A DNA stretch of 64,000 nt from Flectonema sp. DT1601 (GCA_964019425.1 OZ025794.1:496001-560000); one strand, 5' to 3'; shown: positions 22,337 through 33,740, numbered from the stretch's first letter. The notes: generated by a model from the letters alone, not told the origin. Numbers and translations: made by a program.

Positions 22337-25063
22337 ATGAATAATATGCTAATTGAACATGTCCATAGCAAACTCGATAAGAGTATTGTTTCCGTGAAGA
22401 GGGTGTTAGAGAATAATAGAAACCCGCAACCTGCAGATGTAGTCAATCATAAGTACAGTGACAAGTATCTTTTGATAGATTTCTTAACAACAGCTGCATC
22501 ATCATCAGTTCTGATGTCTTTAGAAGTGCTGTCTGAGTTGACAAATGAACAGTTGAAACAGTCTCTTGACAGGATGGGAAATCGTTCAGCCACACTTCGA
22601 TTCAAACGACAATCAAAATTCAATTTTATTAAAAAAGAAGAACGTCAGGTTGAAGACTCCGTTAAAAACGTCACCAACATTTCCGGTGCAACAAATCTAC
22701 AGATCAGTACAGGAACGGTCACAACAATAACAACTTATTATTGGAACTACAACACTACTTGTGAGTATCTAATTTATTTTGGAAGCAATCCAGAGGACTG
22801 TATCAGTCTGAGTTCCAAATCGTTTGTAATACCACTTGAAACTCGAAGTGAGTCACCTCCACAATTAAATCAAAAAACAACTTGTGAAACAGATTTGAAC
22901 ATTAGCTGGTTGCTACGATTGTTAAATGATCACAACAAGATTGATTTCAATATTAATAGAAGTTTAAAAAACTGTTTTACTCCAAGACGTAATCCAGACA
23001 TCGACACAGCAGTCACATTCTTCACGGAATTGAACTTGTGGAGTGGGAGTATTAAAACTGAAATGACTGATTTAATAGAAATCAATCAACAAAATAACAA
23101 ATGCGATCTCAACGAGCTCTCTGGTGGAGACATTTTCATACCAGTTGTACCTCTCTTGGAAGACACTGAACAGGAATCTCCTGCTGTGCTGTCCTCTTCA
23201 GATTTACAATTGTTTTTAGATGAAGAGAATCGCTCGCTTAGATCAAAATTATCTGAAGTTCAAAAATGTTTTTCTAACGAAATTGGGAATATTAAATCGT
23301 CCATTGTGATTACGCAACATACAATAGATGTTTGCGGAGCATATGAGTGGAGTATTTCTATGGTTGAGGAAATGCTAAGAAAACAACTGATTTCTGCGAT
23401 TGGAAAAGAGATAACTCCTTCAGACTTCTCCAATTACATGTCTTGGCATGTCAAAAAGATCTTTAATAAGGAATATCTCCCACGAACTTTCTCATACGCA
23501 GTAAGAGTTCCTGGTCACCATCCTGAAGGAACTGTTAACTTTGAGCAAATCAATGCAAACGACATAGACGAACCTGTGTTGTCAGTTGTTAATAAGAAGA
23601 AAAATAATAAATTAATGAAATTTGACCTAAACGCTTCATCAGAAATTAGTTTTTCAGGTAACATCTACACTCACTCGATTGTTAATCATAGATTTTCAAC
23701 GCACACGAATCGGTTTAATTTGGTTGCAAATACACGTCAGTTTAGTAGTTTTATTATAATCTTGGGAACAATTGGATCGGGTGATGTGTTCCTTCCAAAA
23801 CACGCATTCATATTAAATAATAAAGATGAATTAAAAATCCCTCTCGACCTTGAAGAAGTTCCTTCACTAAAGCAGTTCAAATCCTCAATTGAATCTCTAA
23901 GTCCAGAACAGCAGAGATTCGCAAAAGCATATCGAAGTATGCAATTGGAAGCAACTTTATTTGGTGTTTGTGTTATTCAGACGAAACCTCAAATAGAAAG
24001 AGTACTCAACCTTCCAGTGGGTTCGTTAACGAAAGAGCTCGAATTATGTCAAAATGTGACTGAGTTATTTACAACATATCAAACATCAGCTGATCTGTTG
24101 TCATATCAATGTGATGACTGTGAGTCTGACACTGTCGTGACAGCAACAGTTAAAATTGATCAGGTTAAGGAAAGTGTTGCACAGATCAGAGACATAATAA
24201 AATCATCGAAGGAAGAGGAATTGGAAGAGCAACGGAGGATTGTGGAGGCTGAAAAATTACGACAACTACAACTACTGCATCAGCAACAACAACAGCTGCA
24301 GCAGCAACAACAACAACAACAACAACAACAGCTGCAGCAGCAACAACAACAGCTGAAGCATCAAGCGATCATTGCTCATAAAGACAAAAAACTCCAACGC
24401 CGACATCATCATCATCATCATCATCATTTCCAACATTGCCGTGACCTGTCTGAATCAAACACGATGGTGTTTTCAGGTTCAAAATACGGAAGTCACGCAC
24501 GCATGTCGAGCGTTTCATCAAATGATTACTCACAACGATCTAGAAAAGTAACCGACTCGTCACAACCTGTTGAGAAACCTCTTTTAGAAAGGAAACCTCA
24601 TCAACAACAATCAACAGAATTAATCAGTTCTATACCAAATCTCTTGGAAGCAAATTTCGAAAAACTTGATTCTGATGGTACCCTTCGACCAACTATTATA
24701 AAACCAACAACTGGTTGGTTAAGGACATACGTTAAAGGTTTGCTTGGCAAGCAGATGACACAAACACTTCACAAAGATGAACTACAAACTGAGAAAGAGA
24801 AAGCTCTTAACTTGTTAGATATCCTGACTAGGAGTGGAGAAATGGAAATCCCGGATGCTGAATTACATGTAGTAATGATGTCGACTCACTGTTTTGATAA
24901 GACGTTACTAGACACTGTTATAAAAGACAACGTAAACCCAATTGAAAAAGTTGAGAGATCAATTTTAATAGCGGCCTCTACCATACACGGTGAGCCTGTG
25001 CGAACTCTTTTAAACGCAGATCAGATAGAAAGAATTCAGAGTCACTCACCCCAGCTTTTCTAA
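22337..25063 (+). CDS. Uncharacterised 908-aa protein with polyQ/polyH insert
   Basis: Long ORF with conserved-looking blocks (RQFSSFI, LSPEQQRFAKAYRSMQL, NVNPIEKVERS); function not recognised. Confidence 0.75.
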   Translation: MNNMLIEHVHSKLDKSIVSVKRVLENNRNPQPADVVNHKYSDKYLLIDFLTTAASSSVLMSLEVLSELTNEQLKQSLDRMGNRSATLRFKRQSKFNFIKKEERQVEDSVKNVTNISGATNLQISTGTVTTITTYYWNYNTTCEYLIYFGSNPEDCISLSSKSFVIPLETRSESPPQLNQKTTCETDLNISWLLRLLNDHNKIDFNINRSLKNCFTPRRNPDIDTAVTFFTELNLWSGSIKTEMTDLIEINQQNNKCDLNELSGGDIFIPVVPLLEDTEQESPAVLSSSDLQLFLDEENRSLRSKLSEVQKCFSNEIGNIKSSIVITQHTIDVCGAYEWSISMVEEMLRKQLISAIGKEITPSDFSNYMSWHVKKIFNKEYLPRTFSYAVRVPGHHPEGTVNFEQINANDIDEPVLSVVNKKKNNKLMKFDLNASSEISFSGNIYTHSIVNHRFSTHTNRFNLVANTRQFSSFIIILGTIGSGDVFLPKHAFILNNKDELKIPLDLEEVPSLKQFKSSIESLSPEQQRFAKAYRSMQLEATLFGVCVIQTKPQIERVLNLPVGSLTKELELCQNVTELFTTYQTSADLLSYQCDDCESDTVVTATVKIDQVKESVAQIRDIIKSSKEEELEEQRRIVEAEKLRQLQLLHQQQQQLQQQQQQQQQQQLQQQQQQLKHQAIIAHKDKKLQRRHHHHHHHHFQHCRDLSESNTMVFSGSKYGSHARMSSVSSNDYSQRSRKVTDSSQPVEKPLLERKPHQQQSTELISSIPNLLEANFEKLDSDGTLRPTIIKPTTGWLRTYVKGLLGKQMTQTLHKDELQTEKEKALNLLDILTRSGEMEIPDAELHVVMMSTHCFDKTLLDTVIKDNVNPIEKVERSILIAASTIHGEPVRTLLNADQIERIQSHSPQLF
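24281..24427 (+). repeat. CAG/CAA polyQ and CAT polyH coding microsatellites
   Basis: Direct reading of the sequence. Confidence 0.9.
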
Positions 25064-25836
25064 TACCTGTTTTCTTTTCGGAAAATCGTTTTTTTTTTTT
25101 TTTCCCCCATCTCGAAGACATGTTTTACGATCGAAAGAGAATTGTGGCAGCGTAACGGTAACACCCTTCCTTCATCAACTATTTAGTGAGGTGTCGATTA
25201 TTTTTGTTTTATAAATCGATAGCTCTTCTTTGCGCTACACACGTCTGGATTGAGTGAGACGCGTAATGTTGATCTTGTTTTTTTTTTTTTTATCGCAGCA
25301 ATTTGCTGTGAGTTGACCATTGTGAAATGAAAAAACTGCTCCCTACTGAGGTTTATGTTTTTATGTTATCCTTTTCCCCTACCTTAATTTTTTGCTCAAT
25401 CGTTGACTGGCTTGCTTCTAAACCATAGCTGATGATGAGAGAAAGGAGATAAAGAGGTGTATGGATTACTCTCGAAACCTCCTAGTTACTTTCAAAAAGG
25501 CTAAGTTAAGCACCATAGTCATAGTCACTGTATCTTTAGCAGACGTTACATTAGCGTTTAGGTTATGTGATACAGTACAGTTACAAAGAAGAATACTCTC
25601 CAATTATCCAATTATCCTCCTTTTGAAATTCCTATAACTTTTTGGAATTCCCGTTTATTTTGTTTTGTTTAGCACCCTTACTAGCAAGCTTTAACAAAAA
25701 AAAAAAAAAATTTTTTTTTTTTCATTTTTATTTACCGAAACAATCCGTAGCTCACACCAACAACGTTAATTCATTTCATTAGTAAGATACGTTAGATTAC
25801 TTCAATAGTGTATTTCTTTGAAACAGATATTTTAAA

Positions 25837-26345
25837 ATGGTTCAGCGTGTTGCATTCCAGAGGAGACATAAGTACAAGACTGGTGGTAATGGGTATGTTT
25901 TATCATATTAACATTATTTTTGTGTTTTTCGGTGGTTCTTGTTTTTAAAGGAAATCACAATAAACTAAACAACAAAAAAAAAAAAAATAATTCAGATCTA
26001 AATTCATTATTTGCCACATTCCGGGAGGAAACCTCCACTGCCAGCGTATTAAGAAAAAAGTAAAGGGACCACACACTCCGAGATATCTCGGTCATCAAAG
26101 AGTCGCTGGTACTCGTGCTCTTAGAGAAGGAGGTAGGCACGGTTCTTACCGCGCACCAAAGAGACACAAGACAGTCTCTCGTGCCTACGGTGGTGTTTTA
26201 AACGGAAGACAAGTCAGAGAGAGGTATGAATGCTTTTTTATTGTTCATCTTATACAACTTCAGAGTTACATAATTAAAAAACAGAGTTGTTCGTGCCTTC
26301 CTCATCGAAGAACAGAAGATTGTAAAGAAAGTCCTTAGAAAGTAG
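25837..26345 (+). CDS. RPL34: 60S ribosomal protein eL34; exons 25837-25892, 25996-26223, 26285-26345 (114 aa); not in ORF track
   Basis: Spliced translation MVQRVAFQRRHKYKTGGN...HIPGGNLHCQRIKK...KTVSRAYGGVL...VRERVVRAFLIEEQKIVKKVLRK; two GTATG..CAG introns. Confidence 0.95.
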
Positions 26346-26724
26346 GCAACACATACCACAGTATGTTAGCCTATTAACAAGAGCGATCTCGTCACTGATG
26401 AGCGTCGATGCTTTCAGGAGTCTCGATTGTTGGTATTAGTGTGTTGCTATAGTGGCATTAAAAAGAAAAAAAAAGGTATATTCATCGAACTGCCTTAGAA
26501 ACTTATGTTTTTATAGCACCTGTCACAAATAAGCAACAACAAGAAAGCAACTACGACGATCCCTTTGAAAATGTTATTGCAGCTGACTAACGGGTGTTAC
26601 ATGGCTCAATGGTGTACTGTTGTTTCTCTGACTGTCAGGTATTGTCAGTAATGAATGTGTTCGGATGAGTAGTTTACGTATTTATTTCCAAAAAAGTTTT
26701 CCCCTGTTCATTAACTAAAAGAAA

Positions 26725-28173
26725 ATGGCTGACGAAATGACAATAAATTCTCCAACCGCGACAATGTTGGAAGCAGTAAATAATTTTGAACAAGTAGTAC
26801 GTGACAGTAGTGAGAAAGAAAGACAAGTGTTCAGGGCAACACGAAGACGAAGCAGCGCTAGTAGCCAAGCCTTACAATTGATTATGGAAGACGTGGCAAG
26901 GAGAGGGTCAAACGCCAGTCGAAGGGGTTCAGGTGGGGTAATAAAACGAGGAGGAAACTCACCAAAGCATGCCAGGATATTTTCTCCGGGAAAACAAAGA
27001 AGGAGAAGTATCCAGTCTCCTTCGCAGATAAGGCGTAAATCTAGTTTCTACGAAGGGTATGAGAGGAAAGTTCAAACCCGCCGAACAATACCGAATTTGA
27101 ACATCGTAGATGTAATGGGACAGTTGAAAGCAGCTACTAAAGAACTCGCCGAAACCAAAAGAATCTTGAAAAAGAATGACGGAGAGCGTGAAGGCCTGCA
27201 ACGTCAACTCCTTGAAGCCAACACAATAATCGAAAGTATGGACACGGCTAATCACTTTGAATGGCTTCAACGTGATAGCGTCTGCTGTGAAGAGCACAGC
27301 GTGCGAGATGTCATCAGTTGGGCTATGCAAGAAGGGTTTTGGGATTTAATCAGCTTGTTCGAAGTAGAGAATCCGAGAGGACTAAAACTGTCTGCAGTGA
27401 CAAACGAAAACGCAAAACAAAAGAGACGGCTGCAGTCGGAATTACGTTCCGAAGTACTCGAAAAAAGATCTCTCGAAAAACAACTCGAAGAATCAGAAAG
27501 AGAAAATCGAGAATACCACACCCAACAAACTGCAAGAGCAGAAGCAGAGATGAGAATAGTTCAACTTGAAACCTTATTATTTAATAAAGATATAGAAATC
27601 AACAGATTACAGTCCACACTTTCGCAAAGATCCGCACCCGTCTCCCCTGATGAGGGAACACTTGGAAACTCAAGCACTGGCGTGTATGAATTAATACAGC
27701 CTTTCAATGGATATAGGTGTTCAGAAACTCAGACTGAGTGTTGTCCAACAGAAACAAAGTCTTGGCTTATTCCTCCACAGAGTAGATCAATCGATACAAA
27801 GAGTTCATTCATTATTCCAAATGAGAACGGGTTGGCTGAAATAGTAATTGAGAGAATCCTTGATAGGTTCATGCCAAACTCTTATGAGATCGACTCACTA
27901 CTATCTGCATGGGAAGGTAGATTAGATGAGCTGATTTCATTATTCCAAAACACATTTGGTATAAGCAAGTCTCTTATGATTACTTATTGTAAAAGGAATT
28001 ATCATTCTCCAAAGCTTGATTCAACATCATCACCAAATATATCTCCTATTCTCAGATGTTCATTACCTCCTAGTCGTAATCCAACACGTAAGAGATACTT
28101 TAGAAGTGTTGCTGTGAAAAGTCCTCGTGATTTAAAAAAAAAAACCACTACACCTGCTAGTAAGAAGCAGTGA
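26725..28173 (+). CDS. Hypothetical coiled-coil protein with RRxS-rich N-terminus
   Basis: 482-aa ORF; E/K/R-rich heptad-like segments. Confidence 0.65.
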   Translation: MADEMTINSPTATMLEAVNNFEQVVRDSSEKERQVFRATRRRSSASSQALQLIMEDVARRGSNASRRGSGGVIKRGGNSPKHARIFSPGKQRRRSIQSPSQIRRKSSFYEGYERKVQTRRTIPNLNIVDVMGQLKAATKELAETKRILKKNDGEREGLQRQLLEANTIIESMDTANHFEWLQRDSVCCEEHSVRDVISWAMQEGFWDLISLFEVENPRGLKLSAVTNENAKQKRRLQSELRSEVLEKRSLEKQLEESERENREYHTQQTARAEAEMRIVQLETLLFNKDIEINRLQSTLSQRSAPVSPDEGTLGNSSTGVYELIQPFNGYRCSETQTECCPTETKSWLIPPQSRSIDTKSSFIIPNENGLAEIVIERILDRFMPNSYEIDSLLSAWEGRLDELISLFQNTFGISKSLMITYCKRNYHSPKLDSTSSPNISPILRCSLPPSRNPTRKRYFRSVAVKSPRDLKKKTTTPASKKQ

Positions 28174-29876
28174 AAACAGTTACTTTCCGTTCACTCCTTT
28201 AAACTATCTGCGTGCGGTGGCGGTGTACTAAAACTGTACATATAAGTATGCCGAAACTATTATTCCCCTTCCCCATTCGTACATTAGTTAACTTTGATAT
28301 GGTACACATGTTTATAAGTATACTCAAATAGTTAACCTTGATTTATTTATCCAAATCCCCCCCGAAATCTATTTGGTAGCAAGGCATATTATCTATTCAA
28401 GCTGTTTTAACTGGCTGAAAACAAATTAGGTAGTGGCAGTGCTTTCCTTGGGAAAAAAAAAAAAAAAAAAGAACGAAAGGAACGAACAGAACAAAAAAAA
28501 AAAACAAAAAAAAAAAAAACGGATTTTCTATAACGCTTACCTCTAGTGACAGTTAGTTGGAAGGTTTGCTTATTATGTGGGAAAACCACGAAAAAAAAAA
28601 AGTTACTTTTTAGTAGTGCTTTCAAATGTTGGTGATCCCGCTGAGGTTCATATTTCCATATTTTATGTTTGGGCCTCTTCAAAACATTTATATGTTGTTG
28701 TACTGTATCCTTTCTTTTTAATAGAGCTTAGTTCTCTACATAAAATACATTATCAAATTACATCCCCAGAATCTGTTTTTTTTTTTTTTTTTTTTGCACC
28801 GATGAAGTCGGGAGAACAAACCGTTCAAGGTTTAAGAGCCGTTTATTTATTATCAAAACTATTATCTATTTCTCTGTACTCCAGTTAATACTGTTTGCGA
28901 TCAACAACAAAAAATAAAAAATAAAAATAAAGATTTTTTTTTTTTTTTTTTTCATAATGTTATGTTGCATGGTAGTCATCGATAATTCCCTCTCTCGCTT
29001 TTATTTTTTTTACCTTTTTAAAAAAAATCATTTTAGTTTGATTATTCTCACTGATTACATATCTGATCCTGATATACATCACGCCGGAGCTAGTAAAGTA
29101 TTCCTTCGGCATTTGGTTCATTTTTTTCGTCCTGTTTGGTCATTCCAAACAGAAAAGATACACTTTTTACACAAACAGAAGAGCGCATTGCTTTTTTTTG
29201 ACTCCACCAATTCTCAAGCCACTTATGAATCATTTTCGGTTTAACTTTCCGATAAGTTTCGATCAGGTGGCTGACCCTCTGTTAGTTTCTTTGAAATCTC
29301 AACCTGAAAAAATAACCCATTTGGGGATGTTTTTTTTTTATCAGGTGTTTACAATCTTAGGCTTACTCACAGCAGCTATAATGATCAACTTTTGAAGCAA
29401 GGCTGAGATTCACTTAGTATTTTATTTTATTCCCTTTTTTTTTTTTTTTTTCATCCCATGAAAGCATAAACGCATTAGTGTGATACTCTGGGTGAGAATT
29501 CAACCTGGGGCTTGACGAAATTTAAAGTAAAAAAATTTATTTTAATGTATATTGTCAAAGTATAAATCTCATACTGCTTTCCGTTAGGCTCATGCATACT
29601 TTTCAATTGCACTATGTAATTACGTAATTATTATTATTTATATACGAATCCCAAAAAAAAAAAAAGGAAAAAGAAGTAGGGAGAACGCTCTCCGGTATAA
29701 CAAAGGAAGAAGGAAAAAATTATGTATTATTGTTTCATTGTTTTCCTGATAATTTTTGTTTACACACTCACTTTGATTTGTAGTAGTACAATTTACTAGT
29801 ACCTTGTTCTTGTTAGATGAAATGATATTTATTATTATTTTTATTTTCTATCATGTAGATCTTATTTATTCATCAT

Positions 29877-30938
29877 ATGTCACTAAGAGCCTTAGCGGCA
29901 ATGGCGCTGGTTGGTAGCGCCGTGGGAGTGTTCGATCCGGACGTGATGAGAGTGTGCAATGTGGATGCTGATTGCCAGCTTGACGGAGACACAACAGCGA
30001 CCTGCAACCCAGAATCAGCAGCAGGAACTATCGCAACTGATATCGCTGGAATGTGCAAGTGTACGGCAACCACTCCAGCCACTACTAAAAAGATCACTAA
30101 ATCTGACCTTGTAGGTCTACCTGCTGGTGCCCAGACTATAAATCTGTGCGTACAAAGTACAGAAGATCTTGATCCTACCTCATACGCTAGACATATTGAT
30201 GTTCTTATTTTAATGACTTGGTATGAAGCACCATGCTCTGTTATTCCAGAAATCGCAGATGAGTTTTTCACCGCTAGTAGAGTTGTCCTTAACAGATACA
30301 ACAGCGGCTTTGAGTTGACTTCAATCACCAACATCACTCACACCTGTGCTGGTCTTCAGACTAACACCAGTAGCTCTATTATTAAGAACATGGGTGTTAA
30401 CACTGCCATCAGAGCAAAGTTAACTGCTGCTGACATCTTCGATGAGCGTATTGTTCTCTTCATGGACAACCTTATTAAGAAAATGGACACTGGAAAACTT
30501 CCTCTTCTTCAAAACCTTTACAAACACGAACGTGTCATCTCGGAGAAGGCTGCTGTGAGATTTTGCCCGCTTCAAACTGGTTCATTAATTATCGCTCCAT
30601 TTTCACCAGTCAACCACTTCAGTCGTACTTTTAACAACCCTGAGGACTGTCGCGCTGTTCTTTGCGCCAATGGATACTTCAACTCTAATGGTGTTTGTAC
30701 CTTAACTACTCCAACACCTCCAGTAACTGATGATGATATTGCCGACCTAGAGCCTGGTACATTCATTGCCATAGTTGCTTGCTCTGGATTTGTATTCTTG
30801 TGTGTTCTCATTATTATTATCTACTGCTGTTGTAAATGTTGCAAATCGACTGAGGAAGAGCCAACTAATGGACCAGACTCGGAATCCTCTTCCTCATCTT
30901 CTGACAAGAAGGACAAAAAGGATAAAGCAGAGATCTAA
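29877..30938 (+). CDS. Type I membrane/surface glycoprotein with Cys-rich ectodomain
   Basis: Signal peptide, Cys clusters, C-terminal TM (FIAIVACSGFVFLCVLIIIIY), CCCKCC palmitoylation-like cluster and charged tail. Confidence 0.8.
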   Translation: MSLRALAAMALVGSAVGVFDPDVMRVCNVDADCQLDGDTTATCNPESAAGTIATDIAGMCKCTATTPATTKKITKSDLVGLPAGAQTINLCVQSTEDLDPTSYARHIDVLILMTWYEAPCSVIPEIADEFFTASRVVLNRYNSGFELTSITNITHTCAGLQTNTSSSIIKNMGVNTAIRAKLTAADIFDERIVLFMDNLIKKMDTGKLPLLQNLYKHERVISEKAAVRFCPLQTGSLIIAPFSPVNHFSRTFNNPEDCRAVLCANGYFNSNGVCTLTTPTPPVTDDDIADLEPGTFIAIVACSGFVFLCVLIIIIYCCCKCCKSTEEEPTNGPDSESSSSSSDKKDKKDKAEI

Positions 30939-31613
30939 GTATCTTTATTGTATGTAGGCTATTGTGTATTGCTGTTGGTGCATGTTACATGCACCTACAG
31001 CCATCTCCCCTCCCCCGTTTTCTTTTTCTCTCCGTTCCAGTGGATCGGTTCCTGAAACCGGCTTAGAGATTGGTGCGGCTCATTTGTGAGCAGCAACTGT
31101 CCTTATTGCTGTGTTGGTGTGTGCGAGTTTTTAGTTTCCTGTAAGTGCCGTGCACTGTAAGAATATGGAAAAAAGAAAGTGAAGAAAAAAAAGAAAAAAA
31201 AATTGAATTTGAACCTTTTGTCTTGGTCAGTAGTGCAACTCCACAAGCTTTCATTTGGAGCATGGTTTATTGGCACCACCTGTACCCCCACATATTCACA
31301 TAGAAGGCAATAGTTTACGTACCTTGGTTCAAACGATCTCCTTCCATGTCTTCTTCTCATGTTTTGTGTTTTTCATTTTGTTTCAACAGTGTACCCTCCC
31401 CCCATTGTTTTTCAAAGTACTTATCAGTTGCTCTGCGCGTCGATTATGTGTGTACCTTTTATTATTTGATAATCAATTCTATTCTGTCTCTAAAACAGTA
31501 AACAATTATCAACATCCGATGTAACAATCGAAACTTCATTAATAATAATAATAATAATAATAATTACTTAATGTGAAGTGTGAAGTGTGTACTATTATTT
31601 GTTGACAGGTCTA

Positions 31614-32207
31614 ATGGATGAAGATCGAAGAGTTGATGTTGGGGAGGAATTGGCAGAGCTGCTGCCGCTGACGATTTCTAATTTAAGAAAAGAACTTCAA
31701 GAAAAAGAAGAAATAGAACTACGATTACTAATACTAACCGGAAAGGTTGTGATGTGGAACCCGGGAATAGCAATAAGCACCACCGTTTCCACTACGTCTG
31801 ATAGAAGTTACGAGGAAAGCGATAATTCTGAGGATGAGGATGAAGACGAAGATGAAGGAGAGTGGTTACTACAAAACGACGGTTGCACGAGTACTGAGGA
31901 CTCAGCAGATGTCGGTGCGTGGCTTGATTCAAATGATGTACCTACCCATACATTTGCTGTCGGAGAAAAATTATTTGGTAATTTAGATTCCTTGTGGTCT
32001 CCCTGTACAGTTTTATCAACACAATCAACCCGAACATATATCGTAATTAGACAGTCTGATGAGAAATCATTTACGGTATCCGAAGATTTGCTCCGAGTTT
32101 CCCCTCCTCATAATCAAATAGAACGCTCATCTATTCGTCCTGTTGGAGTGACGACTCGAAGTTATGAGGTTCCTAACTTTGAAACTTTTGAAAATCCTAA
32201 TCTCTGA
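31614..32207 (+). CDS. Acidic protein with a possible C-terminal Tudor/SH3-like barrel
   Basis: ATG 31614 after acceptor-like ttgacag (31608); FAVGEKL..LWSPCTVL..TYIV..FTVSEDLLR pattern. Confidence 0.55.
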   Translation: MDEDRRVDVGEELAELLPLTISNLRKELQEKEEIELRLLILTGKVVMWNPGIAISTTVSTTSDRSYEESDNSEDEDEDEDEGEWLLQNDGCTSTEDSADVGAWLDSNDVPTHTFAVGEKLFGNLDSLWSPCTVLSTQSTRTYIVIRQSDEKSFTVSEDLLRVSPPHNQIERSSIRPVGVTTRSYEVPNFETFENPNL

Positions 32208-32568
32208 CACCATATTACTTAGACAACCCCTACTTACTAATAACTTACTTACGCACTAAAGCGAGATAAGGCAATCAATAGAAGATATTCTACGTGTCTG
32301 TCAGGTGGTACTTGATCTCACTCATTAGATCTGATAAAAAGTAATAGCAAACTCGTAAGCTGATGATCTGACACAAGTCGGTTTATGCTGCTTCAATTAT
32401 TCTCTTGTATTCGTCAAGTTCTATTTTATTATAGAAATGTAGTACTGCTTTACTCTTGCTTTCATCCGGCTCCTTCTAGCTGGTGTTGTGGATGGATGAA
32501 ATAATAATCATAAATTGTAAATAGTTATGTTCGTTACTGTTGTTATTATTTCAGATTAACAAATACAA

Positions 32569-33531
32569 ATGAAGCGCGTTATTGCTATCGCTGCAGTAGG
32601 TTTCGCTGTTACAGTTGGAGCACTGGATCCATGTTCTAAACCAGTAGGGCCAGCAGCAGAAGTTTGTAAGTGTGAATGTGACAAGGGTATAGACGGTCCA
32701 CCAGGACCAGCTGGAATTCAAGGTGATGCTGGAGTTGATGGAAAACAGGGTGATCCAGGAATTGGAATTCAAGGAAAGCAAGGTCCACAAGGGCCGGATG
32801 GAGAATCAGGACCACAAGGGCCAGAAGGAGATAAAGGAAACACTGGTCCTGATGGAAACGAAGGACCTGCTGGAAACCCAGGACCTGCAGGTGAAGACGG
32901 TTTTAGGGGTTTCCCTGGATTTGACGGAGCGCCAGGACCCGAAGGTCCTCCTGGACCGCAGGGCAACCAGGGTAAGAATGGTCACAATGGAGATGATGGA
33001 TATAATGGGGATACCGGACCAGATGGTCCTACAGGACCAAAAGGTGACGATGGCCCAACTGGAGTTCCTGGCAGTCAGGGTCCGCCGGGTCCTGATGGAC
33101 CGCAGGGTACTCACTCACTTGAAGGTGGTGGCGAGAGGCACAACAACATGCAGCCATTCCTCACTATGTCTTACATCATTGCACTTACTGGAGCCTTTCC
33201 TTCTCGCACGGAGAGGGCGGCGACAACACTTGCCTCTGAACCATTCATTGGAGAGATTCGCATATTTGGGGGAAATTTTGCTCCACGTGGTTTTGTATTC
33301 TGTGATGGACAGCTGCTAACCGTTAACTCCAACCCATCACTATTCTCAATTGTTGGAACGACTTACGGGGGTGATGGCAGAACAACCTTTGGTGTTCCAG
33401 ACTTAAGAGGCCGTGTTCCCATCCAACAGGGCCTAGGAGCTGGGCTGACCAACAGGATACTCGGTTCCAAGTTTGGGCAGGAATTTGCAACTTTGTCGGA
33501 AAACACCATGCCTAATCATAATCACATTTAA
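32569..33531 (+). CDS. Secreted collagen fused to a circularly permuted phage tail-collar (MdpB-like) domain, chain A
   Basis: Signal peptide, C..CxCxC, 47 Gly-X-Y triplets, [23 protein letters not shown] followed by [49 protein letters not shown]. Confidence 0.9.
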   Translation: MKRVIAIAAVGFAVTVGALDPCSKPVGPAAEVCKCECDKGIDGPPGPAGIQGDAGVDGKQGDPGIGIQGKQGPQGPDGESGPQGPEGDKGNTGPDGNEGPAGNPGPAGEDGFRGFPGFDGAPGPEGPPGPQGNQGKNGHNGDDGYNGDTGPDGPTGPKGDDGPTGVPGSQGPPGPDGPQGTHSLEGGGERHNNMQPFLTMSYIIALTGAFPSRTERAATTLASEPFIGEIRIFGGNFAPRGFVFCDGQLLTVNSNPSLFSIVGTTYGGDGRTTFGVPDLRGRVPIQQGLGAGLTNRILGSKFGQEFATLSENTMPNHNHI

Positions 33532-33740
33532 TCTTTACATTTGTTCACGTGATTGTTTTCTATTTTCCTTTTTCTTTTTAGAAGTCAAGTTTTTTTCAGG
33601 AAAGGAAAGTTACCGTTTTTTCGTGTGCAAAAAAAAAAAAAAAATTCTCTAAGCAATCGTTTCACTACTAATTTTATTATTGTGACACAGAAAAGAAAAA
33701 AAAACAAAACAAAAACAAAAATCACGCGGTAACCATAAAG

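Noticed and set aside
26395..26420. Hammerhead ribozyme core (CTGATGA + hairpin)
   Set aside because: The stem is followed by TTTC, not the required GAAA; the CTGATGA near 16168 also lacks correctly spaced stems
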